From Eledone cirrhosa (lineage: Eukaryota): a DNA stretch of 64,000 nt. The stretch lies in contig OZ024740.1 in the NCBI GenBank assembly GCA_964016885.1, positions 73,408,001-73,472,000 on the forward strand. Direction: 5' to 3'. Under the pieces are notes generated by a model, which saw only the letters and a list, made by a program, of their open reading frames with translations, searched no databases and was not told the origin of the DNA. The position numbers and the translations under genes were made by a program. This document shows positions 31,901-44,181 of this stretch, one piece after another (position 1 is the first letter of the stretch; each line of letters begins with the position of its first letter).

Positions 31901-33302
31901 TCTAGGCAAACATTGAAAACTAATTGTAAAATGGTGGTGATGGTGATGAAGATAATAATGGTGGTAATGGTGGTGATGATGGTGGTAATGGTGGTGGTGA
32001 TGATGATAATGATGGTGGTGCCAGCAAATGTTGGACAAGTCTTCATAGACCAAATCAGTAGCGAAGCAGAGCTTCTGACCTCTCAAATGTGCTAGGCGAC
32101 CTACATCTCACTTATTTATGATCCTGCACTCTGCCTAGTATTAGAGTAAATGGGGGAAGGGGGTCTGCATCTTGTTTACAAAATGTTCTCGTGCTCTACT
32201 CACTGCACTTTATCATGGCACCAGCACTAGGGAGGTTGTCATGTCTTTGACACAGCTGAAGAGACTCCCTGACTAAAGAGTCCTCACCAGGTAATGACAG
32301 ACATATAGATGTATATACTAAGTTTTTTCTTTCCAAACACTTGTAGCACTCAAGACAGACTTAGTGATTAGTCAATTGAGGTTGTTTTGGAGAAAACCTA
32401 TCCAACCCATGCAAGTATTGTAAAGTAGACATAAAAAGGAACAATGGTGATGAATATATTTACTTCCTTAACATCATCATCATTGTTTAACATCTGCTAG
32501 CATGGGCTGGACAGGTCTTCACAGACTGACTCAGTACTGAAGTGGGAATACTGACCTCCCAGACTGGGTGGGAGTTTGCATTCCGTTTATATATGGTCCC
32601 CCGCTCTGCCACGTGCATTTTATCATGACACTAGCACTAGGTGGGTTGATATGTCTTTGACACAACTGAATGGACTTCCCACCCCTTTGTTTGGCAAGCT
32701 TTCTATGGCTGAATTCCCCTCCTATCACCAACCACTTTTCAGCATGTACTGGGTGTGTTTATTGTGTAGATCACTAGCACTAAAGAGGTTGTTGTGCTAT
32801 TGACACAACTGAGGAGTCGTCCTTTTAGACATGATTTCTACAGTGGGGTGTCCAACCAGATTACTGAGTGCATTTGTGTGGCACCAACACAAGAGAGGTT
32901 GTCAGTTATTCTCCCAGCTGAAGATTTTTCTCTAACATGCCTAGACATATGAAAATAACAACCACCTTCATCTCAACCAAAACTAGCACAACCACCACCA
33001 TCACCACAACGCAACCACTACCAACACCACTGCCAACATCACCCCAACAACCACTACCAACACCAACACCACAACTACCACCACCAATGCCAACCCAACC
33101 ACCACAACTACCTTATATAAAAAAAACAGGTGACTTTCTACTTTAGCCACCACCACCACCCCGACCTACCACTACTTTGCTTTCATCAATAAAAAAAATG
33201 GTGAAATGGTGAGATGATGTGCAGTATACCATAGTGACAGTGGTGGCAGGAACAAATGAAAGGTCAAACAGTGACACTTGTATCTGCAGCAAGCAGAAGA
33301 AC

Positions 33303-33353
<51 letters not shown>

Positions 33354-33522
33354 TCACACACACATTTATATATATATATACACATTTATATACATATATA
33401 TGTATATATATACACACACACACATTTATATATATATATATACACATTTATATACATATATATGTATATATATACACACACACACATTTATATATATATA
33501 CACATTTATATACATATATATG

Positions 33523-33558
<36 letters not shown>

Positions 33559-33578
33559 TTTATACATATATATATGTG

Positions 33579-33618
<40 letters not shown>

Positions 33619-33733
33619 TTTATATATATATATACACATTTATATACATATATATGTATATATATATATATACACACACACACATATATATACACACACA
33701 CACACACATTTATATATATACACATTTATATAC

Positions 33734-33774
<41 letters not shown>

Positions 33775-33817
33775 TATATATACACACACACATTTATATA
33801 TATACACATTTATATAC

Positions 33818-33850
<33 letters not shown>

Positions 33851-33912
33851 CACATATATACACACACACACACATTTATATATATACACATTTATATACA
33901 TATATATGTATA

Positions 33913-33946
<34 letters not shown>

Positions 33947-33996
33947 CACACACACACATTTACATATATATATACACATTTATATACATATATATG

Positions 33997-34079
<83 letters not shown>

Positions 34080-34118
34080 TTATATATATATATACACACA
34101 TTTATATACATATATATG

Positions 34119-34152
<34 letters not shown>

Positions 34153-34789
34153 TTTATACATATATATATGTATATATATATATATATATGTATGTATATA
34201 CATATTGTATGAGTGTATGTATGTATATAGCCAGAAGAAAAAGCTAGAGTAAATGATAAAAATACAGACTAAAACAAAAAACTAAACCTGAATGAAAGAC
34301 AAAGGTTAAGTTTCTTAGTTTTCCTCTCAGAACAGATAAAGTAGGAAGGAAAATGGACAGGGGTGGATAGAAATGGACTGGAGTGGGCAGAGATGGACGG
34401 GGTGGGGTAGTGTGTGTGTGCGTGTGTGTGTGTGGGGGGGGGGGGGGCAGATGAACTGGAGTGAACAGAGGTGTCATTGTGGTCAAATGGTAAGTAAAAA
34501 GCTGCTTTACTTTACTACACAAACATGTGCATTGCATGCATTTACATACAAACATGATGGTGGCTGCAACTCGATTTCAAGAAATGCCATCGCTTGATAC
34601 TTAAGCATGAGAATCACAGACATTGCTTTTTCATCCTGCTGAGGACTTGCTTATGGCCAGCAATACCATGCATCACAAAAAAAATGTCACATATCAAGTG
34701 ATGCCTGTGATTGGAGTTTTTTTAAGTGAGGAAAGGCTTTGCACGGGGCCAATCCCACTCTCTGAACATCAAATGTAAGATCAACTTAC

Positions 34790-34847
34790 CTGAAGTAACT
34801 TCATATTAGTTGGGAAATCATCTTTGAGTATATCACTACGTAGGAGT
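34790..34847 (-). CDS. TBC1D13: Next internal exon of the TBC1D13-like gene
   Basis: Polypyrimidine tract, cacAG|...CAG|GTAAGT. The 58-nt exon translates (I)LLRSDILKDDFPTNMKLLQ, like the TBC1D13 C-terminal IREQLLEGDFTVNMRLLQ. It is in frame with the 39855-39936 exon. Upstream exons and the last exon were not located. Confidence 0.88.
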
Positions 34848-34975
34848 CTGTGAAGGTTTGGAAAATGAAAAAAAATATATAATAAATAGAATTAGATAAG
34901 AAATAGAGGCTTGTTTTATAGGTTTGTAAACATGTATTGAATGAAGGACTCAATATACTGTGTAGAGTGCAAGGT

Positions 34976-35330
34976 TGGTGTCGGGAAGGGCATCCACCTG
35001 TAGAAACTATGCCAAATATGTGTTAGGAAAGGTATCCAGCTGTAAAAACTATGCCAAATAGGTGTTAGAAAGGGCATCCAGCTGTGAAAACTATACCACA
35101 GGTGTTAAGGGCATCCAATTGTAAAAACTATGCCAAAAATGTGTTAGGAAGGGCATCCTGCTATAGAAACTTTACCACAGGTGTTAAGGGCATCCAACTG
35201 TAAAAAATGCCACAAATGTGTTAGGGAGGGCATTCAGCGATAAAGATTCCACAGGTGTTAAGGGCACCCAGCTGTAAAAACTATGCCACAAATGTGTTAG
35301 GAAGGGCATCCTGCTGTAGAAACTATGCCG
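34976..35330 (+). repeat. ~40-bp tandem repeat seeded by the RTE/SINE 3' UTR motif
   Basis: About 9 units of gtgttaggaagggcatccagctgtaaaaactatgcca. Confidence 0.85.
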
Positions 35331-36620
35331 CAACTCAGGAAGCCAGGAAGCCCAACACGCACAAAAATAACAGACACAACCCATCCACCCACCTACTTGA
35401 TCCAAGCAGTTTATTAACATCCCTTTTAGATCATCAAGGGAAACTGGGCACACCACACAATGTCAGACACCATCCACCTTGCTTCAAGGCCACCACCATA
35501 ACCTTCAACCTCCTTCCAGTAGTGCAATATCTGTACCCCAGGCCCAATCCCCAACTAATGCCTCCCCAGCAAGACCAATTATCCTAAGTACCCTAGTGCA
35601 ATAATGAGGTAGTGCTAGCGCCACAACAAAAAGCACCCAGTCCACCCTATAAGGTGGCAGTGCCAGGGTCACAATAAAAAGCTGCCAGTACATGCTGTAA
35701 AGTGGTTGGCATTAGGAAGGGCATCCAACCATAGAAACCAAGCCAAAACGAAGTATATCAGTAGAACCTAGTCACCTGACCAGTCTGGCCTCAGCACATG
35801 ACAGCCATCTAATCCATGCAAGCATGGAAAATAGATGTTAAACTGTAAAAATTATGATGATGATGATGATGATATATGGTCATATTTCTGGAAATAGGAC
35901 TTTCATCAAATTGAATGCCATTAATTTCAAGAGCAAGATTTATTCATTGTTTATATATGTAGTTTAAATATATAGGGTTCAACATATTTTGTGACCTTGG
36001 CAGGATTTCAACTGAGAGTGCAGAGAGCCAAAACAAGCACCACATTTTGTTCTACTGACTAACAACTTTGCCAGTTTACTGCCTCTACAAACAATATATA
36101 TATATCATCATCATCGTTTATATATATATATATCGATCAGAGGATTTTTAGAAAGATCAGAGGCTAAGCAGTTGAAATTTAATATTTATTAATAATTCCG
36201 ACTTGTGTTTTGTTGCAATTGTATGCATTTGCAACAAACTAAAATTTGGTAATTATTTATACAGGAAAAGTTCCTGTCCACTGTGCCATCATAATCATCA
36301 TTTAACGTCCATTTTCCACACTAGCATGGGTAGGACCATATATATATATATACACACATATATAAATACATATATATATACACACACACACATATATATA
36401 TAAATACATATATATATATATACACACATATATATAAATACATATATATATATACACACACGCACATATATATATATATAAATACATATATATATACACA
36501 CATATATATATATATAAATACACCATCATCATCGTTTAACATCTATCTCCCATGCTAGCATGGGTTATAGATATAAATACATATATATATATATATACAC
36601 ACACACACATATATATATAA

Positions 36621-36663
<43 letters not shown>

Positions 36664-36722
36664 TATATATATACACACACACATATATAAATACATATGT
36701 ATATACACACATATATATATAA

Positions 36723-36767
<45 letters not shown>

Positions 36768-36774
36768 TATATAA

Positions 36775-36823
<49 letters not shown>

Positions 36824-36833
36824 TATATAAATA

Positions 36834-37230
36834 CATCATCATCATCGTTTAACGTCTATCTTCCACGCTAACATGGGTTTAGACGGGAATTGTCCCACTT
36901 GAGGCAAGATTGGTCTGGAGACCGTGTCTTGCTCATATAGGACTGTCTGGCAGGTTTTCTACGACTGGATGCCCTTCCTAACACCAACCACATTTACAGT
37001 GTAGACTGCGAGGTTTTTACCGTGTTACCTACATGGCCACATTACAGCGTGGACTGTGCGTTTTTTTTTTTTGTTGTGATACCTACACAACCTCATTTAT
37101 TTAGGACTGGATGTTGTGGTACCAACATAACTTTACAGAGAAAGGGTGGTGTTGGTTGGAGTGGGGGTGGGGGCAGGGGGAGTGGGGGTGGGGGCAGGGG
37201 TAGTGGGAGGGGTGGGGTAGTGGATGGGGG
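36834..37230 (-). mobile_element. RTE LINE 3' UTR fragment
   Basis: Similar to 16797-17130; directly abuts the 5' end of the CR1-like LINE. Confidence 0.75.
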
Positions 37231-37248
37231 TATACACACATATACACT

Positions 37249-38484
37249 GTCAGAGAAACACTTTGGAACTTCTGGAGCTCTCACAGCCTCATCCGGCCCT
37301 CACAGTTTGGATTTATCCCTAACTCCAGCTGCTGTGATCAGCTTATCGAGTTTCTTGAGGACATCACCCGGATCACTGACAGCGGCTCATGGGTGGATGT
37401 TGTTTACCTTGACTTTGCTAAGGCTTTTAATTCTGTGCCACACAAAAGACTTATGGCAAAACTCTCTGCAATGGGTGTGAGGGATGATCTTTTCGACTGG
37501 CTGAAATCCTTCATTCTCAGCCGAAAGGAAGTAGTCACGGTTCTAGGACAGCATTCTTCACCATATGAGATGTCATCTGGTGTACCACAGGGATCTGTTC
37601 TTGGTCCTCTTTTGTTTGTGGCATATATTAATGACATAGATGCCAACTTACAGAATGCCACAGTACTAAAATATGCAGATGACATCAAGCTGTACCTTGA
37701 AATCAAAAGGACTGATCCTGAAATTTACAACTCTTTCCTACAATCAGACCTGGACACAATGCAGCAATGGATCACAGACTGGCAACTGAAGCTGGCTGTG
37801 GACAAGTGTACCACCATGCATTTTGGAAGGAAAAATCCAGCATCCACATACTCCCTCCACAACACTGACATCAAAAAGTCCTCTTGTGAATGTGACCTGG
37901 GCATTACTGTCAGCAACGATTTGCGTTGGACAAAGCATGTCTCTAAGATTGTCAAGAAGGCTGAGGGTGTCTTGGCATCACTCAGCAAGACCTTTGTTAG
38001 CCGCTCTCCAGCCATCTATTTAAAACTGTATACAGCTATGGTGCGACCACACTTGGAATTCGCATCATCAGTCTGGAACCCCTATCTTGCTCGGAACATT
38101 GACCTCCTGGAAACTGTTCAGAGACGTGCAACCAAGCGCATACCCTCCATCAGACACCTACCATACTCTGAACGCCTTGCTTCCCTGGGCATGGATTCAT
38201 TGAAGCTCCGACGTCTGGCAATGGACTTGGTGAATACCCACAAAGTTTTTAACCATCTCGCCAACTGCAACCCTGAGCGCCTCTTTGATCTCCATGTGTC
38301 TAACACACGTGGACATGCCTACAAGATAAGAAAACAGCACAGCTCCCATGACTTTCGCAGACATTTTTTCACGCTCAGAGTTGCTGAAGCATGGAACAAA
38401 CTGCCTGCGTCAATTGTTAGCTGCCGAGACACTACATCCTTTAAGACACTCATGCTTCCCAAAATACGCCAAAACTACACCTGA
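37249..38484 (+). CDS. LINE ORF2 C-terminal part (reverse transcriptase), open frame without its own start
   Basis: Frame is open from 37249 (VRETLWNF...QFGF...) through VYLDFAKAF, GVPQGSVLGPLLF, YADD, VRPHLEFASSVWNPY, QRRATK and TRGH to a stop at 38484. Confidence 0.9.
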   Translation, partial: VRETLWNFWSSHSLIRPSQFGFIPNSSCCDQLIEFLEDITRITDSGSWVDVVYLDFAKAFNSVPHKRLMAKLSAMGVRDDLFDWLKSFILSRKEVVTVLGQHSSPYEMSSGVPQGSVLGPLLFVAYINDIDANLQNATVLKYADDIKLYLEIKRTDPEIYNSFLQSDLDTMQQWITDWQLKLAVDKCTTMHFGRKNPASTYSLHNTDIKKSSCECDLGITVSNDLRWTKHVSKIVKKAEGVLASLSKTFVSRSPAIYLKLYTAMVRPHLEFASSVWNPYLARNIDLLETVQRRATKRIPSIRHLPYSERLASLGMDSLKLRRLAMDLVNTHKVFNHLANCNPERLFDLHVSNTRGHAYKIRKQHSSHDFRRHFFTLRVAEAWNKLPASIVSCRDTTSFKTLMLPKIRQNYT

Positions 38485-38770
38485 TGTACCCCTTCCATAC
38501 ACATGCACACATGTGTGTATCATGACTCGTGCACTGTTCATTTTACTGATGTTTGTGCATTGCCCTATGTACTGTACATGCACTTTTTTGATGAGTTGTG
38601 GTGCACCTGGGCACTGTGCACAATATTTCGTTATTGTTATTATATCATGACTCATACACTGTTTATTTTCCTGACATTTGTACATTATTCTATGTACTAT
38701 ACATGCACCTTTGATGAGTTGTAGTGCACCTGAGCACTGTACACAATAATTTCATTATTATTATTATTAT
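37249..38770 (+). mobile_element. 5'-truncated CR1/L2-group LINE
   Basis: RT coding region followed by a 3' UTR with a duplicated ~122-bp unit and an (ATT)n tail at about 38753-38770. Confidence 0.92.
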
Positions 38771-39556
38771 ATGATATACATACATACATATATATATGGA
38801 TCAATCGACTTTCGTCAAATCGGTCCGAAGAAAATGTTTCCGTTGGTCTTTCCAGTTGCTAGTACTATCTATCGGTTGCAACTCCAGGTAGAGGGAGCAA
38901 CGTGAAATAAAGTGTCTTGCTCAAGGACACAATGCATCGCCCAGTCCAGGAATCGAACTCACAACCTCAAGATTGTGAATCCAATTCTTTAAGCACTCAA
39001 TATATATATATATCATCATTTTACATCCGCTTTTCCCTGCTTGCATATATATATATATATATATATATAAATGAATGAAAAGTATAGAAATTATTGTAGC
39101 AAGAAGCCAACAGTATTCCATAATATATAAGTGACTATAGCATCAAAATGGAAAAATAGTTAACGTAAGATGTGGGAAAATAATATATATATATATATAT
39201 ATACATACACATACACATTAAGTGTATATTTGTGGGTGTTGCATTTCCACTACCTCTATCAATAAACTATGGTGTAAGCAACCTTATTAATTTACTATAT
39301 TAAACTTCTATGCATAAATTATTCTTTTGTAGCTGTCTGATGAGGCCATGCCAGCCATTATTGTTGCAATTGCATAACTACAATGTGTTAATGTTGTGGA
39401 AATGCACATGACATAATAAATATAATTGTGTAATTACACAAACTTGTCTTAATGTTTAAACAGATATATATATATATATATATATATGTTAAGTATTTCC
39501 GTGGAAAAGGTAAAGGAAAGAAGAGTGCTCTATGTATAGAACAGAGCTATTTAATT

Positions 39557-39780
39557 ATGTAATAAACAACACAATATAATTATTCCATTACCCAAGGTTT
39601 CACAAAGTCAGACAATTCTAACAGAGGTGTCTGAAGTCATTCATCAGATAGAAATCATTAATATTGATATTAATATTAAAGATTTCTATCTGATGAATGA
39701 TTTCAGACACCTCTGTTAGAACTGTCTGACTTTGTGAAACCTTGGGTAATGGAATAATTATATTGTGTTGTCTATTACAT
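39557..39780. mobile_element. Short fold-back element with two opposed hammerheads (39583-39653 -, 39684-39754 +)
   Basis: Near-perfect 224-bp palindrome. Both arms read UUCUAU-CUGAUGA...GAAAC-CUUGG-GUA/AUGGAA. Confidence 0.82.
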
Positions 39781-39854
39781 TAAAAACAAATATATATATA
39801 TATTTATATATATATATTTATATAAAGAAGACAAAGAATATAAGGTAGACTTAC

Positions 39855-39936
39855 ATTAACATGGCACAGCAGATTGTAATAAGGAAACGGAACCGTTTCT
39901 CATCAGACAGTAGTGAGTCCCAAATTCTAAGCACAT
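39855..39936 (-). CDS. TBC1D13: Internal exon of TBC1 domain family member 13-like Rab-GAP
   Basis: Minus strand reads ttttgtcAG|...|GTAAGT. The 82-nt exon translates (D)VLRIWDSLLSDEKRFRFLITICCAML(I), matching the TBC1D13 motif DVIRIWDSLFADxxRFDFLLLVCCAML as I recall it. Its phase joins the next exon. Confidence 0.9.
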
Positions 39937-40696
39937 CTGACAAAAATCATAACAATAAAAAATCAATATTAGAATTATCGAATTTAAAAGAAAGTATATT
40001 CAAGTAGAAAATGTTAACTTTTTCATTACAATATTTCAAAAGAAACACACAGCTTATTATTGTCAATAAATTTTGAAAATAATCAAGAATTTGGAAGGAT
40101 TTAGTAATATAACTGTTTGTACTATCTGTACTAGTGGAGAGATCATCATGAACATTTGCAGTAAACTACTGTAAAGACTTTAATTTTTAATGTGATGCAG
40201 TTAAAGTACTGTTTTATACTTTTCAAGAATGTCTTAACCCTTTAACATTTACAATACTCTATATTTACCATTGTATTTTCACGGTTAAGGTTTTACCTTA
40301 CATAATTATTTCACATAATATCGAATCTATGTGATTTTGATGTTATTTATTTTGAAAACAATACCTTAATGTAACTATGAGTGGCCAGTTACAGCTGGTT
40401 TGAACAGAATGTCATGAGAGAGTTCTGGCCAGATACGGCCGGTTTAAATGATAAAAGACAAAAAGAGTCAAACTGGTGTTTAGAACATAATAAAGGTTTT
40501 TTTATAGAATTATGGTGGAAGGTTTTTGGTTCCATATAGATATTTCAAAATAAGGAATTTTGCATTTTCGGCATGAGAAGGGTTAATACTGTATATTTTG
40601 CTGCCCTCTGACAGAGAGAACCTCTATATCTCCATATCTGACCTTTAACTCCAGGTTATAAAACAAAAGTTGTGATATACACACAACATCTATTGT

Positions 40697-40905
40697 AGGG
40701 ATCTCAAACTCAAGAACGCCATTACATCACGGGGAGATGGTGGGAGAAGGTGCTTTATTTTCACTAATTATAATGCTAATCTGCAATACAGCTTATAAGC
40801 TTTTTTTTCTTTTTTTTTTCAAAAATGTATACGCATATCGTAGTAAAAAGAATATGTGAATTAGCATAAAAAAGTACTTTGAAGGCTGCTTGTTTGAGAC
40901 CCCTG
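40697..40905. mobile_element. hAT-like MITE
   Basis: Termini tagggatctcaaac / gtttgagacccctg; no clear 8-bp TSD. Confidence 0.5.
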
Positions 40906-42891
40906 GTCTTGTAGAATGTAATCATCACATCTCCAGATCTGTGACCCTTTAATCCCAGGTATATAGCAAATGTGATATAGATACAAAATATAGTGGGTAG
41001 TATGTAGGAGTGGTCAAAAGGTTAACTTCACAATCATGCTGCCCTGGGTTCAATCCCTCTGAATGGTATCTTGGCCAAAATGTCATCGATCATAGCCTCA
41101 GGTCAAGTCAACCTAATCTTTGTAAGTGAAATTGGGTAGACAGGAACTGTGTGGAAGCCCATCAAATTGAATGTGCTGGTGATTTAATAGATCAACTCTA
41201 GTACACACTGAGTCACACTGAATCTCCCTGTACAATTGATCAAACAACTGGAACATTCATTATCAAAACCAGCAGAGGTTCATTCCATTCTAGTATGGAT
41301 GAATTGGTAAAATAACTGAGAACCCCGACTAAACAATTTCTTAGACAACATTTTGAAAGGTAAAAATGATGATTAGTCAGCACTTTAGAAATATATCAAA
41401 GACCATATGATTGAATTTATATTATAGGCTTATACATATATATATACAGATATAGATACAGGCAGTCAGTCACATAAACATTTATGTTCAGACATATAGA
41501 AACAGCCATAGGAACGTTCCTATTACCCACTCTACTACCCTAAGTATTGAGTACTTTGGTGCGTTATGGTCCACCTGGTTCCTTACCACATTTCCTTCGT
41601 TATATATATATATATATATACACACACAGACAGCCATATATATATAAATATATATAGACACAGCCATATATATATACATACATAGCCATATATATATATA
41701 TACATACACACACACATACATAGTCATATATACACATATAAATACAGCCATATATATACACATAGATACAGCCATACATATACAAATATAGAGAATCAAA
41801 TAGCATATAAACACATACAGACATAGCCACACAAACATAAGCAAATACTGGTACATACACAGAACAAGACATAGGCACATATACAGAATGAAAGGCAAGT
41901 ACATATATACATACATAACATAGAATAAAAGAGAGGCAGATATACACACATTGACGCACTGTCACATTACGAAGATAACACAACGGCACTAAAGGGTTTG
42001 ACTCTCACTAATATATCAATACTACAAGAATTTTTATTCCAGCACCAGAAAAATGGTGGTGGGCCTATGCAAATTTACAACAACAGCAAAGAAATAAAAG
42101 AGAAATAAGAGGGGGAAAGAAGACAGGGAAAAGAGTGCATTTCTTTGAGAAATAGGGCAACATTAGAGCTTTTGAAAATTTCCAAATTAAAGAGAAAAAG
42201 ACAGTTAAATTAGTGTAATTTGTAAATTTTTTATAACCTTAATACCTCAAATGGCTTTAAGAGCAAAAGGGCCACATAAAATCTTTTGTGTATTTTGATA
42301 TCACCATTTATTTATTTATTTATTCTTCATATTTTTTTGCTCACCTCACCTCCACACTTCTTTTATGAGATAATCTAGTGTGTGTGTGTGTTTAGGGGTG
42401 TTTAGGGAGAGGAGAGGAATAGTAAAAAGAAAAAAAAATGCAATAAAATCTGAAATAAATATATAAAATAAGAAATTACAGAAGAAAATTAAGCTAATCT
42501 GTCAACTAGAGAAATATGAAAGAGTTAGGATTTAAAATAACTGTCAGTGGTTTTCTCTTTGATGTGATGAGAGAGGAATTAGGAGAGGTAGAGAGATAGA
42601 GATGGATAGAGAGAGAGAGAGGGAGGGAGAGAGAGGGAGAGAGAGGCAAAGAAATGCAGGCAGAGGTAGAGAGAGATAGCAGTAGTTAGATAGTTAGAGA
42701 GAGAATAGAATAAAATATATATATATATAAGAAAGAAGTAGACAGAGACAGATAAAGGTAGAGAGATACAGACAGATGTAGAGAGAGGGGGGGGTTTAGA
42801 TATATATAGAGAAATAAAGAGAGAGAGGGGGGGGGGTTGAGAGAGAGACAACTAAAGAGAGGGAGACAGAGAATGGAAGAGATATAGAGAC

Positions 42892-42970
<79 letters not shown>

Positions 42971-43260
42971 CAGGCAAGGAGATAGAAAATGGGTGTAATA
43001 TATGATGAAAAAGGGAGTTAAGTGAAAGATGAAAAAAGTAACAAAATAGAGGGAGATGTATGAGCGAGGGAGAGAAAGGGAGATGGATGAAAGAGGGAGA
43101 AAAGAGTATGAAAGAGAGGGGAAGTGGAGAAAAGCGAGAGGGGGGAGAGGGTGAAAATTAAAAAAAAATGAAACAAAAACAACAGAAAAAACAGGCTTGG
43201 AGGTGATAGGCAATAAGGTAAGAAGTGAGGATTTTATACAGAACAGGAAACTCTGGAAAT

Positions 43261-43291
<31 letters not shown>

Positions 43292-43798
43292 CTATGAAGA
43301 AGCAGTAAAGTGGGAATATATAGATGGATATGCTAATGAATGTTAATATAAGGAAATATACGGATGATGTGTAGGTGAGGATGTGGATGTGTGTGTGTGG
43401 AGAAGAGTAAAAACAAAAGTGATGTGTGTGTGTGCAAGGATGTAGGTGTGTTTATGTACATGTATGTGTGAGAGAGCATGCATGTATGTGTGTGCAGGTG
43501 AGTTTTAAAAGAAAATGACCCCCCCCCCCCCCCAAAAAAAAATAGTAAATGGCTAGATGGATGTCATGAGTGTATAATGTATGTGTATGTATGGATGGAT
43601 GTGTATGTATGCATGCGTGCGTATATGTATGGATGGATGTAATCAATAACTTTGAAGATTATGTCCAAAAGTTTTAAAAAAGTAGAATCAATTCCTAGGT
43701 GGTGATTTAGTGGAGAATTTGGCACAAATTAAAAATAAAAAAAATAAAAAAAAACACCCTTAAAAATTAAAAATAAAAGAATATATATATATATATAT

Positions 43799-43939
43799 AT
43801 AGGAACGAGTAGGACCCCGACGGCTGAGCTCAAGCCGTTTCGAAGTTCCTACTCGTTCCTATTAACCACTCTACTACCCTAAGTATTGAGTACTTTGGTG
43901 CGTTATGGTCCACTTGGTTCCTTACCACATTTCCTTCGT

Positions 43940-43940
<1 letters not shown>
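43799..43940. mobile_element. Short fold-back element with a half hammerhead; related copies at 41508-41601 and about 19470-19550
   Basis: 16-bp inverted arms enclose (minus strand) GAAACGGC-uugagcuca-GCCGUC. The ~85-bp tail is nearly identical to 41515-41601. Confidence 0.65.
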
Positions 43941-43976
<36 letters not shown>

Positions 43977-44116
43977 TTAAAAGTTAACCAAGGTTCAATG
44001 AATAAATCAAAGAATGAATTTTACAATAGATTGGAAGCACTCAACTGTTAGGTTTTACAGAGTTATTAATATTAATTCAAAATATTAACAAAATAGATAT
44101 TCTTGTGATCAAGTAT

Positions 44117-44181
44117 ATTTTATTATACATATTTCAGAGGTACTGAGTTAACTTCAACAGTACGTCCTCATCAGATAAAAT
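44117..44181 (-). ncRNA. Type I minimal hammerhead ribozyme
   Basis: AUUUUAU-CUGAUGA-GGACGUACUG...CAGUACCUCU-GAAAU-AUGU-AUA/AUAAAAU: 7-bp stem I, long stem II, self-complementary stem III. Confidence 0.8.

Noticed and set aside
37160-37230. G-quadruplex-prone tract
   Set aside because: Expanded G-rich segment of the RTE 3' UTR; no evidence of function.
39880-39910. Apparent hammerhead core CTGATGAGAAAC on the minus strand
   Set aside because: No stem II; it is coding sequence (S-D-E-K-R) of the TBC1D13 exon.
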